Both the position numbers and the translations under genes were made by a program. The notes beneath the pieces were generated by a model that did not search any database, was not told where the DNA came from, and was given only the letters and a program-made list of their open reading frames with translations. A stretch of DNA of 36,189 nucleotides from a virus, in the IMG/VR virus record IMGVR_UViG_3300045988_129036, positions 1-36,189 of that record. One strand, written 5' to 3'. Shown one piece after another: positions 25,439-34,496 of this stretch (positions are counted from its first letter, which is position 1; each line of letters begins with the position of its first letter).

Positions 25439-26354
25439 TTTGCGTAAGCCCGCCCCTACGCTGTATTTGCACGCGGGCGGCCTGGATGGTGAGGTGTTCA
25501 ACTTCTCATCTGTCGCTACTACCGCGTTTACGGCGCTTGAGGGTCTAGACGGCTTCGGTATCCCTGAGCCTGACTGGAAGACAGTACAGCGGAACGACGG
25601 CGGCGGCTCTCACGTTCGCTCTGTCCATCTGAAAGAGCGTGAAATCTTTATCCCGCTCATGATTTGGGGTGAATCACAGGCGGAATGTATGGCTAATTGG
25701 GACGCTTTGGTTTCCGCTCTGAATCCCCGGGTAGGTGAATCTTCGGTTTTGGAGGTTCGCCGCCCGGGGCAGGCGCCCCGTTTTATTAACGTTGTTTACA
25801 AGTCCGGTTTAGGTGGTAATTATGGCTCTGATTTTCGAGGCTGGTACCGCAAGGTGGGGCTAACGCTAATTGCTCATGATCCGTATTTCTGGGAATCTGA
25901 CCAAATGATTAGCTGGAACGTTAAGGGCAATTACAAGCCGTTTATTAGCGGCGGCGAAATGGTGAAGACACACAAGTTTTTCCCCGTGATTCTGTCGCCG
26001 TCCGCGGTGAATGGCTCCCGTGAAATTACGATTAGCGGCGACGTTGAATCATTCCCTATCTGGCAGATTACCGGCGCGGTAACTGACGTTCGAGTGACGA
26101 ACAAAGAAACTGGCGAGTCGTTTAGTATCACGGGTACCATTGCCCCGGGTGAGACTATCACCGTTGATACTAGCGTGTTTGATATTTATTCACAGAATGA
26201 CCGTTCAGGTGCGCTCTGGGACAGGCTAACCGTTGATTCTAAGCTTTTCCGCTTGGGCACCGGGCGACACATCATCGAGGTTACCGGATCCGGTATGGAC
26301 GAGCGTTCAGAGATTTCTCTGATTTATAAGCCCCGCTACGTGAAGGGAATCTAG
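25431..26354 (+). CDS. Distal tail protein (Dit-like).
   Basis: About 300 aa immediately after the TMP, overlapping its end. Confidence 0.6.
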   Translation: MLDLRKPAPTLYLHAGGLDGEVFNFSSVATTAFTALEGLDGFGIPEPDWKTVQRNDGGGSHVRSVHLKEREIFIPLMIWGESQAECMANWDALVSALNPRVGESSVLEVRRPGQAPRFINVVYKSGLGGNYGSDFRGWYRKVGLTLIAHDPYFWESDQMISWNVKGNYKPFISGGEMVKTHKFFPVILSPSAVNGSREITISGDVESFPIWQITGAVTDVRVTNKETGESFSITGTIAPGETITVDTSVFDIYSQNDRSGALWDRLTVDSKLFRLGTGRHIIEVTGSGMDERSEISLIYKPRYVKGI

Positions 26355-26363
26355 GAAAAAAGA

Positions 26364-27467
26364 ATGTCCGTTCAGGTTTTGATGAGGGATGAGAATTACC
26401 GCCCGCGCGGTTTCCTCATCGCGTCCAAGGTCGAGATGATGCGCCGCCTAAATCGTCCCGATACGTTCATCGTGAACGTGTCAGCTGAATCAGCACAGCA
26501 GGCGACCCGTCTACGCGAAGGTTGGGGGCTTGTCGTGCAAGACGGCGATTTTAAGGTGTCCGGTGTAATTACACAATTCTTCCGCACAGCCAAAGATAAT
26601 AATCTTGAGGTTGAGGTGACGTGTACATCTGAACTGGTGTTCCTGGGTGACCGTTTGACGTATCCAGACCCGGCGCATGAGGAGACACAGCAGCAGGCCG
26701 CCCGCTGGAAGGAACGCGGCGCGTGCGAGACGGTCATTAAGAACCTGGTCACTAAGAATCTAGGTTCCGAGGCGCTGGAGTCCCGCCGCGTACCGGGCTT
26801 TGCGGTTGCGCCGTCTCAGGGGCGCGGGGGTGATGCCTCTGTGGACACGCGCCTTAAGAATCTTCTTGATGTGGTGGAGCCGTTGGCGACCGCCGGCGGG
26901 TTGCGAATGAGCGTTCAGTTTCAACCGGGCGCGCTAACATTCGACACGATCCCTACCCGTAACCTATCGCGCCGCGTGCGCCTATCCTGGGTTTCCGGTG
27001 AGGTTATCGGGTGGGAAATGACCGACCGCGCCCCTAGCGTTACCGCTGTTATTGTCGGTGGACAGGGCGAAGGCGTAGACCGACGGCTAGACTCTAGGCA
27101 GCGTCTCGACTCATGGCGGCGGCGCATCGAGATCTTTAAAGACCGTCGAGATACCGACGACGCGGGCTCGCTAGAGAAAACCGCAAATGAGGAGCTGGAT
27201 AAGGGCATCTCAGAGCGCATCATGAAGGTGACTGTACAGGAAAGCGAGACCCGAAAATTTGGTGTAGCGTTTGATGTTGGAGACACTATCACGCTTGACG
27301 TAGCACCAAATGTCACCCCTTATGATTCGCGCGTCGTAGAGGCTAAAATTATGTGGAGCGAGAATACGCGTACCGTCGAGCTAACCGCCGGTGCGCTTGA
27401 TTTGACGCTCTCACAGGAACGTATCGAGCGGTTGCGCCGTGAAATTGCGCAGCTGGCAACCGTCTAA
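26364..27467 (+). CDS. Tail-associated (Tal-like) baseplate protein.
   Basis: Gene order after Dit. 367 aa. Confidence 0.45.
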   Translation: MSVQVLMRDENYRPRGFLIASKVEMMRRLNRPDTFIVNVSAESAQQATRLREGWGLVVQDGDFKVSGVITQFFRTAKDNNLEVEVTCTSELVFLGDRLTYPDPAHEETQQQAARWKERGACETVIKNLVTKNLGSEALESRRVPGFAVAPSQGRGGDASVDTRLKNLLDVVEPLATAGGLRMSVQFQPGALTFDTIPTRNLSRRVRLSWVSGEVIGWEMTDRAPSVTAVIVGGQGEGVDRRLDSRQRLDSWRRRIEIFKDRRDTDDAGSLEKTANEELDKGISERIMKVTVQESETRKFGVAFDVGDTITLDVAPNVTPYDSRVVEAKIMWSENTRTVELTAGALDLTLSQERIERLRREIAQLATV

Positions 27468-27483
27468 GAAGGAGGGCGAAAAC

Positions 27484-28512
27484 ATGGCAGATGAACGCAT
27501 CATTACGGGCGTGCGCACCGTAGAAGAATCTTTCCCCGTAGTTAATAAGCCACTAACGGGCGAGCAGTGGAGTAGTGTTACTACGGCTTTCGGTAATGGC
27601 ACCATCGACGAAGGAACCGGCGATTACCGCGTAATCCTGGACAATGCATCTAATACGGTGTCGGTCGAGCCGCCCTCCCAAACGAGCTTTGTTCATGCTA
27701 CGGTTGGGGGATATTATCACCGCGTTTACGGGCGTGTTACGCTCCCGTGCCCTCCGGTAACCACCACCACCACCTATATTTTGGCTATCGTGCTAGACCC
27801 GCTCCGACAGGCAACCGAGCCGGTCAAGCTGGAGCTATTTAAGGCACCTATCACGTATTCCGGTGGACGTAAATATGTGGTGCTTGCTGAGATTACGCGC
27901 CGCCCGAATGAGCTTCTTTCACAGGCGACGGTGAAGATGAAGAAGCCGAGCATTGCCCCTACGATCACGGTTCAGGAAGTGGCCGGGCTACCGGACGCGA
28001 AAACGCAGCCTTTCGGAACTATGGCCTACGTGAATAGCGAACGTTCGCTTTATCGCCGTTCCGCTGTTGGTGGTTCCGGTGATGTGTGGGCGCGCGTTAT
28101 TGGTTCACGTCAGACCCCGGTTCTGGGTATGCCCGGCTGGTCTCTGGCACCTATTTCACCGAATAACGCGGGCATTATCACCACGCCTATTACCGAGGGC
28201 TTCTATTGCCAGTTCTCCGGTATTTTGCGCCGTGAGGCGTTCGATTACACGGTGGGCTGGGAAATGTCTAACCTGGGTGTGCTCATTCCTGAACCGCTCC
28301 GCACCAAGACGTACCGTGAAACTATTTTCCCGGCGTTCTGGAACACTAGGGCATCGGGTGTTTTCCCGTTGATCTGTCGTATTCAGTTCCGCACGGGTGA
28401 AATTCATGTGCGAGCAAATAACAGTACGCCTATCCCGTTCGAGCGCGGCGGTGAGCTGCATATCCCGGCGATTAGCTGGGTTGCGGACAAGTCGAATATC
28501 ATTGATTGGTGA
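27484..28512 (+). CDS. Minor tail protein.
   Basis: ATG 27484 follows gaaggaggg. 343 aa. Confidence 0.5.
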   Translation: MADERIITGVRTVEESFPVVNKPLTGEQWSSVTTAFGNGTIDEGTGDYRVILDNASNTVSVEPPSQTSFVHATVGGYYHRVYGRVTLPCPPVTTTTTYILAIVLDPLRQATEPVKLELFKAPITYSGGRKYVVLAEITRRPNELLSQATVKMKKPSIAPTITVQEVAGLPDAKTQPFGTMAYVNSERSLYRRSAVGGSGDVWARVIGSRQTPVLGMPGWSLAPISPNNAGIITTPITEGFYCQFSGILRREAFDYTVGWEMSNLGVLIPEPLRTKTYRETIFPAFWNTRASGVFPLICRIQFRTGEIHVRANNSTPIPFERGGELHIPAISWVADKSNIIDW

Positions 28513-28518
28513 TTGAGT

Positions 28519-28884
28519 ATGGCTAAGATTACGGCGCGGTTCAGTACGCCCGGCGGTAAGCCGTACCGGGGGCGCGTGATTTTTTCCCCGCTGGCAGATG
28601 TTATTTTGGGCGCGCGTGGCGACCGCGTAAACATTCTGGTTGGTGACTTCGAGGCACCGTTAGACTCTAGCGGGTACTTCTCGATTGACCTACCCCCCGG
28701 CCAGTACACAGTGCGGTTCAAGATTGATAATGCGGATAGTGGGCAGGTGGGAAAGATTCGGGACGTGCTAATCACGGTGAAGGGCGATTCTACCCTAGCG
28801 GATTTGATAGCGCCGCCCGCCGCGCCGCCCGCCGGGGCTATCCGAGTAAACGAGCAAGACCTAGAGCGAGGAGTGATCGCGTAA
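28519..28884 (+). CDS. Minor tail protein.
   Basis: ORF of 122 aa (ATG 28519, TTG 28513 alternative). Confidence 0.45.
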   Translation: MAKITARFSTPGGKPYRGRVIFSPLADVILGARGDRVNILVGDFEAPLDSSGYFSIDLPPGQYTVRFKIDNADSGQVGKIRDVLITVKGDSTLADLIAPPAAPPAGAIRVNEQDLERGVIA

Positions 28885-28885
28885 T

Positions 28886-30319
28886 ATGGCACGATATGGC
28901 GATATTGTCCTAGTGACGCTGGACGAGAATAACGAGCTGGAAGGCGACGCACTAAAGCACGTCGAGCGCGTAGCAGCAGAGGCCGCCGCTACCGCCGCCG
29001 CGTCTAAGCTGGACGCTACCGCGTTTGCGGATTATGTGGCGCAGGCGCAGGCGCGCGGGGTGACCGCTCCGGTGGAAAATCGTAGCGCGTCCCTGAACGC
29101 GGTGACTGAATTTAATGCAGATCCGACCGGTTCGGTGGATTCTACGGCGGCGATTAATCGCGCGATTCAGCAGGCGGCAGAGCGCGGCGGCGGTACGGTG
29201 TTCCTACCGGCTGGCACCTATAAGGTGAGCTACCCGTTTATTGAGCTTCTGGGCTCGGTGCATTTGCAGGGCGCGGGCCGTGAGTCCACCACTCTGTTTG
29301 TGAATACCGCTGTTCCGGTTCCGGTGAAGACGGCGGTTATCCACGCGGGCAATTATGACGAGCCGCGCCGTGGCACCGGAAATATCCTCATGGGTGTTAG
29401 CGACCTGTTCATCAAGTCTGAGTATCCGCTCCGTGAGCACACTAGCAATATTCCCGCTAATGTCGGTGGCATTGTTTTTCACACTGAGCTAGGGGTGAAT
29501 CCGCATGAACCGGACGGGGCGCACCGCATCGAGAACGTCATTATCTGGGACATGGCCTATGGCATCGCCTTGTTTGGGCTGGATGACCAAGCGTGCCAGG
29601 TGCGCAACGTGCGTGTGCGCCGTACCCGTGAATTTGGTGTGTGTGTCGGTAAGCCTTTGGAGCACCCGCGCGCTAAGGTGGACGGCAAGCGCGAGACCGG
29701 CGCGGGCGACAATATCCTAGACGCGGTGGACGTGTCCGGCGCGAATATTAGCGGCGAGGGGTTCGCCGGTATCGAGTGCTATACGACTAATACTACGTTT
29801 ACCGCGTGCAAGTCTTGGTACAACCGCCGTAGCAGTAGCGGCGTAGAGGGTGCTAAGGGTTCCATCTGGGATACCAAGGGCACCAATGCAGAGCACCCGC
29901 ACGCCCCTATCAAGAACGGCGCGGGCTTCTATGTCCACGGTGGACGCAATATTTTCACCGGCTGTACGGCGCAGGAGAACGGCGGCCACGGTTTCGCCCT
30001 GGTTGGTACCGCTAATCAGGTTGTCGGTTGCCGCGCCGCGTCGAGCTCATGGTGGGATACGTCCGGTAAGGCACCCAATAGCGCAGCTGATTTTTTCGTC
30101 GCAAACTGGGCATGGGGGCTAGCCATGACTGGCAACATTGCACAGTCCGAATACGGCGAGAAGACCGGCGCGCGCTACGGCTATTTCTTCGAGTCATGGG
30201 GACATGACATTATCGCCCGTGGTAATGCCGCTATTGCACAGCCTACCGCGCTAAAGGCGGGTAGTATGGGTAAGAACGTGATTATTGAAGTCAATCTGGA
30301 AACCGTGAAGGGGGCATAA
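28886..30319 (+). CDS. Tailspike / receptor-binding protein with pectate-lyase-like right-handed beta-helix (polysaccharide depolymerase).
   Basis: NRAIQQAAERGGGTVFLPAGTYKVSYPF is the canonical pectate_lyase_3 N-terminal signature. Repeated G..N.. beta-helix rungs. Confidence 0.65.
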   Translation: MARYGDIVLVTLDENNELEGDALKHVERVAAEAAATAAASKLDATAFADYVAQAQARGVTAPVENRSASLNAVTEFNADPTGSVDSTAAINRAIQQAAERGGGTVFLPAGTYKVSYPFIELLGSVHLQGAGRESTTLFVNTAVPVPVKTAVIHAGNYDEPRRGTGNILMGVSDLFIKSEYPLREHTSNIPANVGGIVFHTELGVNPHEPDGAHRIENVIIWDMAYGIALFGLDDQACQVRNVRVRRTREFGVCVGKPLEHPRAKVDGKRETGAGDNILDAVDVSGANISGEGFAGIECYTTNTTFTACKSWYNRRSSSGVEGAKGSIWDTKGTNAEHPHAPIKNGAGFYVHGGRNIFTGCTAQENGGHGFALVGTANQVVGCRAASSSWWDTSGKAPNSAADFFVANWAWGLAMTGNIAQSEYGEKTGARYGYFFESWGHDIIARGNAAIAQPTALKAGSMGKNVIIEVNLETVKGA

Positions 30320-30835
30320 ATGGCGTTGAGTTATGGCCGCGTTGTGGCTAAGTTTGCGACATTTCAGGATGGGCACACGCCCGTAGGTACCGTGGAATTT
30401 GTGCCGTCTGATTGGGTGACTGATAGCGGAATCATTCACAGCCCCGCGCCGGTTATCGGCTGGGTGCGTGAAGATGGGCAGCTCTACGGTTCCGAGAGGG
30501 CTTACGCCTCCGAGACCCCCGGCGTGAGGTTGCTTGTTTCCGACCCTAAGCACCCGGCGCGGTACACGGCAACCCCGCGCCTGTATGATCCGGTGACCGG
30601 CGCGGGTATTCCAGCCCGTGCGTTCGAGTTCGAGATTAGGGCAGGCGCTACCGGCGAGATGGTGGAAGACCCGAGCGGCGGCGTTCGCGTTATCTCGTCT
30701 AATGATGGTTTGTGGACTCTTGAGGTTCCGGCGGGCGCGTCTATCGTCGCCGTTGGTGATGGTCGATACGAGGCGCGCGGCCTATCTGTCGCCGCCGGTA
30801 ATGATGGTTCCTGGGTGATTGGAAAGGAAGGCTAA
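30320..30835 (+). CDS. Hypothetical tail protein.
   Basis: SD gaaggggg. 171 aa. Confidence 0.5.
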   Translation: MALSYGRVVAKFATFQDGHTPVGTVEFVPSDWVTDSGIIHSPAPVIGWVREDGQLYGSERAYASETPGVRLLVSDPKHPARYTATPRLYDPVTGAGIPARAFEFEIRAGATGEMVEDPSGGVRVISSNDGLWTLEVPAGASIVAVGDGRYEARGLSVAAGNDGSWVIGKEG

Positions 30836-30838
30836 ATC

Positions 30839-31159
30839 ATGGCACAGGCTGAAATCCGTGGCTTGCTAGAGGATGGGCGCGCCCCGTCCACACTGAAAGC
30901 TGAAATTCAGGAGATGATTACCGCCGCCGCCGGTGGTGGTGTCACCACTGAGGCAGTCGCTAAGGCTCTAGGCGTGGCTATCGTGCGCAGCACTACCCGC
31001 CCACCCGCTACCATGCACGGCGTACCGACTATCTGGGTAAACCCCGCGCTGGAAGGTGCGCTACAGCCGGTACCGACGTTCACACTCAAGGAGAACGGCG
31101 CTATTCTGGAGATTGAAACGCCTAACCCGGCGGGTGGTGCAATGAATGGCAACCTATGA
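30839..31159 (+). CDS. Hypothetical protein.
   Basis: SD ggaaaggaagg. 106 aa. Confidence 0.45.
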   Translation: MAQAEIRGLLEDGRAPSTLKAEIQEMITAAAGGGVTTEAVAKALGVAIVRSTTRPPATMHGVPTIWVNPALEGALQPVPTFTLKENGAILEIETPNPAGGAMNGNL

Positions 31160-32171
31160 GCTAGTCACTAGGGCGGGCGTTGAAGCTGAGGTAGCTAGGC
31201 AGACGGCACGATTTGAAACGCGAGAAAAGAACTTCGGGTTTAAACCGGGTGAGCATTATTATTCCCCGGTAACTTATACGTGGCCTGACTTTTATAATGG
31301 TGCTAATTCTAAGTGGGCTAAATTCCTTGAATTTGGCAACACTTTGGGTATTGTCATTCTGAACAGGTCTAGTGGTGATTGGCTTTCTAAGCGCCCTGAT
31401 GTTGATTTTGCGACTCAGGGTTCTATGGCTCTTAGCGCGGGTGCCCGGCGCGTGTCGTTCTATATTAAGACGCGACACGGCGCTATGTTCGAGGGTATGC
31501 CTGTTTCTTACAGGGATAAGATCGCGACGAATCTAAACGTTGATTTGTCGGCTATTATGCCTTTTACGGAAGATTTTATTATCGAGTCCGCACGGGCGGT
31601 TAAGAATGATTATCCTGGTATTCAGGTTAATATTTTTCTTGATGAAACTAACCCGTGGATTGAAATGGATTTGCAGAATAAAATCATTGAAGCTTACGTA
31701 AGGCTTTATAATCGGCTAAAGCGTGAGCTTGGTAATGATTGTTTGATTATTATCAATCCTGGTTCTAATACGCCGGCTTCTATGATGGCCGCGTGTGACG
31801 TGGTTCTGTCCTATGAATCGAACGCGGCGAAATATCTAGACCCTGGCACTCAGTGGATTCACCCTGAGCATTACAAGGGCTTCCCGTCGTGGCGTTTCTG
31901 GCATGTGATTCACGGTGCGACCCCTGAGAACATTGATGCCGTGTTCGCTAAGGCCGATAGCCTGGGTATTGGTCATCTTTACGTTACAGACCGCACATTC
32001 AAGGTTGGCGGCGGCTCTGAGGACGAACCGGAAGAAAACCCCTACGATAAGCCGCCCTCTCAGTGGGTAGAGAACCGCGTGAAGGCTTGGATTGGTGGCA
32101 CGTTGCCGTTTGAGCAGCGCCTATCAGCTTTGGAGGCAAAAATTAAGGAATTGGAGGCAAAGCATGTCTAA
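31146..32171 (+). CDS. Low-GC gene. Putative TIM-barrel glycoside-hydrolase-like (spherulin-4-like) tail-associated enzyme with a C-terminal coiled coil.
   Basis: Composition about 40-45% GC with T-ending codons against >60% in the flanks. The spherulin-4/glycosidase-like call rests on weak recalled resemblance and is not verified. Confidence 0.35.
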   Translation: MATYELVTRAGVEAEVARQTARFETREKNFGFKPGEHYYSPVTYTWPDFYNGANSKWAKFLEFGNTLGIVILNRSSGDWLSKRPDVDFATQGSMALSAGARRVSFYIKTRHGAMFEGMPVSYRDKIATNLNVDLSAIMPFTEDFIIESARAVKNDYPGIQVNIFLDETNPWIEMDLQNKIIEAYVRLYNRLKRELGNDCLIIINPGSNTPASMMAACDVVLSYESNAAKYLDPGTQWIHPEHYKGFPSWRFWHVIHGATPENIDAVFAKADSLGIGHLYVTDRTFKVGGGSEDEPEENPYDKPPSQWVENRVKAWIGGTLPFEQRLSALEAKIKELEAKHV

Positions 32172-32712
32172 TTTTCGTATCCCGACCCTGAACGCGGCGG
32201 GTGAGTTCACCGGCTCCGCTCTTGCGCACATTCAGAAGGTGGCGAGCGCGGCGGGCGGCGGCGGGGGCACCGCTACCGTTCGAGATACCGGGTGGCGGCG
32301 TGTTGATTCGCCTAATCTCGCTTCTGGTTCCGTGTTTTTCCGCCGTGTCGATAACCTTGTTTCTGTTACGGTTCGCGGCGGTTCTTGGGATACGGCTACT
32401 ATTAAGCCGTCGGCCTCGCGCGCACCTAACGGTAGTCCGTTCGGTGATCTGGGTTATCGTGCCCGCCTCGCGATTAACATTCTTCCTGGGTTCCGTGCGC
32501 TAACACCTGTTGTTGCGCCCGTGATGACTGACGACGGCGAGTCGGTGGGGATGCTGATTATGTCGAATCCGTCGGATGGCAACCGCCTGGCTTTCCGTGG
32601 CTTCCGTAACGGCCAGAAACAGGACGTAGCAAACACCTATTTGCGTTTCCCAATTCTGACATGGATTACGTCTGAGGATTGGCCGGCCGAGCTACCGGGC
32701 GAACCGGCTTAG
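32164..32712 (+). CDS. Hypothetical tail / fibre protein.
   Basis: ATG 32164. Gly-rich N-terminus. Confidence 0.5.
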   Translation: MSNFRIPTLNAAGEFTGSALAHIQKVASAAGGGGGTATVRDTGWRRVDSPNLASGSVFFRRVDNLVSVTVRGGSWDTATIKPSASRAPNGSPFGDLGYRARLAINILPGFRALTPVVAPVMTDDGESVGMLIMSNPSDGNRLAFRGFRNGQKQDVANTYLRFPILTWITSEDWPAELPGEPA

Positions 32713-32772
32713 CCCCCGTCTAGGGCGGGTGTATCATGAAAAAGAATATTCATTCTACAGAAAGAAACACCT

Positions 32773-33255
32773 ATGCCGCCTGATTTTTGGGCACATTTCA
32801 CAGAGAGTTTCTGGGTGATTCTGCAAGCTGGAACCGCCGCTACCGCCGCTACAGTAGCTAAGCGGTTCAAAGACTTTCAATCAGCCAAGAAACGAGAGAT
32901 AGCCGAGCGCCGCGCACAAGATGCCGTAATCCTAGCCAAGCTGGAAGCTCTCGCCAATCAGCAGAGCGACGTGAAGGCGCAGGTTAAAAATAGCCACGGG
33001 ACTAATCTACGCCATGATCTAGACGCGGCCATCAGAAACTCGAAAGAGGCGCGCGATAACTCGACGCAGGCGCTAAAGATTGTCGGGCAGATTAGGGACT
33101 CTTTGGAGTCGCTAACCGGTGATTTTCGAGAGTCAAAGCGTGAACACATTGATTTTCGCGAGCGCCATAATAGGAGTGCTGAGGATATTCAGGACTTGAA
33201 TAAGAGAGTGAACGCTCTTTTTTCAACCGTAAAGAAGGAGATTACCCATGAGTAA
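32773..33255 (+). CDS. Membrane-anchored coiled-coil protein (possible lysis accessory).
   Basis: N-terminal hydrophobic segment, then a long charged helix. ATGA overlap with the endolysin. Confidence 0.45.
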   Translation: MPPDFWAHFTESFWVILQAGTAATAATVAKRFKDFQSAKKREIAERRAQDAVILAKLEALANQQSDVKAQVKNSHGTNLRHDLDAAIRNSKEARDNSTQALKIVGQIRDSLESLTGDFRESKREHIDFRERHNRSAEDIQDLNKRVNALFSTVKKEITHE

Positions 33256-33841
33256 TTACGTGGACATTACCCACTGGAACGCCGCATCTTTCACGGCGGC
33301 AAGCCGCACCATTGACGATATCGACACTATCGTCATTCACCATTGGGGCGTTGACGGTCAGCGCTTTGATGACGTATGCCGATTCTTCCAGAACGGCCCC
33401 GGCACTTCCGCGCATTATGTTGTGGAAGCGGGTAAGTGTGCGCAGCTGGTCGAGCTTAAGGATATCGCGTGGCACGCTGGTGACTGGAACGCGAACGCCC
33501 GTTCTATTGGTATTGAGTGCCGCCCTGAGATGAGTGATGCGGACTTCGAGACCCTGGCTCACGTCATTGCTGATATTGAGACCTACTACAACAAGAGCTT
33601 CTACATTCACGGCCATAAGGATTATTTCAATACCGCGTGCCCTGGTCGTTATTACGATCAGCTGGATCACCTCATTGACCGTGTGAATGAGATTAAGGCT
33701 GGCATTGATAACGCCCCGGCTCCGCTGTCTCATGATGAGGTGGCCGAGAAGCGCGCCGCCTGGGAAAAGCTCATGAAGGAGCTGGAAGAGGCTAAGGCCG
33801 CCGGTGAAGAAGTCGGTAAGTGCCTGGCACAGGTAAACTAG
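33248..33841 (+). CDS. Endolysin, N-acetylmuramoyl-L-alanine amidase (amidase_2/PGRP fold).
   Basis: IVIHHWG...AHYVV...WHAGDWNANARSIGIE...HGHKDY...CPG gives the Zn ligands and catalytic pattern. SD aaggag. Confidence 0.85.
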   Translation: MSNYVDITHWNAASFTAASRTIDDIDTIVIHHWGVDGQRFDDVCRFFQNGPGTSAHYVVEAGKCAQLVELKDIAWHAGDWNANARSIGIECRPEMSDADFETLAHVIADIETYYNKSFYIHGHKDYFNTACPGRYYDQLDHLIDRVNEIKAGIDNAPAPLSHDEVAEKRAAWEKLMKELEEAKAAGEEVGKCLAQVN

Positions 33842-33872
33842 ACCGTTCGTTCTATTTTTTGGAGGTTGAATC

Positions 33873-34091
33873 ATGAATGAGACTCAGCGCAAGGCTATTT
33901 ACGCCTTTGTTACCGCCCTTATCCCCGTCGGTATCGTGTACGGTATCGTGACTCAGGAGCAGGCGGCGGTTATCGTGCCCGCTATCCTGGCTGGCCTGTC
34001 GCTTATCATGGCTTACGTGCATGTGCCCGCGCCGGGCGATAAGCAGCAGGACGCGCCGGTTACCGGTGATAGCGAGCGCGGCGGCCTGTAA
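33873..34091 (+). CDS. Holin (2 TM, charged C-terminus).
   Basis: 72 aa with two hydrophobic helices. Immediately downstream of the endolysin. SD ggagg. Confidence 0.65.
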   Translation: MNETQRKAIYAFVTALIPVGIVYGIVTQEQAAVIVPAILAGLSLIMAYVHVPAPGDKQQDAPVTGDSERGGL

Positions 34092-34190
34092 GCGTGCTAT
34101 AATGTCGGTGTTCCTTAAATTGTTCCAGTGATGGGATGTTGAGAGAATATCGGTGGAGTTGTCACACTGTCGGGTGTTGGCACAGAAGAA

Positions 34191-34230
34191 ATCCCCTAGC
34201 TTCGTGGTTGGTGCTAGGGGGTTTCTTTTT
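34191..34230 (+). terminator. Canonical intrinsic terminator CCCCTAGC-loop-GCTAGGGGG followed by TTTCTTTTT, at the convergence of the late operon and the leftward operon.
   Basis: Perfect 8-9 bp stem plus a U tract. The only classical U-tract terminator other than 20123 and 36030. Confidence 0.75.
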
Positions 34231-34238
34231 GCCCGGTG

Positions 34239-34496
34239 CTAGGTGAAGTTTTTCCGGTTAGCCTGTACTACGAATACGCGCGGCGTGAAGCCGTCGTATG
34301 CCGCAATGTAGCGGGGGTACCGGGTGCGACACAGCATCTCTACCATATCGCCGGTAAACTTCGTGGCAATGACACGGTACCGCGCGCCGGGCTCCGTCTC
34401 ATAGCTGGTTACCCATTTCGAGGCGGTGAAGCCCGGGTAGCGGGCGGCTATATCCCCGCCGTACTCATAGCCGCGTTCTTCGAGGTCTAGCGGCAT
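34239..34496 (-). CDS. Hypothetical protein, last gene of the leftward operon.
   Basis: TAATG coupling with the upstream gene. The + strand ORF over the same span was rejected. Confidence 0.5.
   Translation of the reverse strand: MPLDLEERGYEYGGDIAARYPGFTASKWVTSYETEPGARYRVIATKFTGDMVEMLCRTRYPRYIAAYDGFTPRVFVVQANRKNFT

Noticed and set aside
34236-34490. + strand ORF of 84 aa overlapping the - strand gene 34239..34496.
   Set aside because: The - strand ORF is translationally coupled (TAATG) to the upstream - strand gene and sits in an operon with its own promoter. The + strand ORF would lie downstream of a strong terminator with no RBS.
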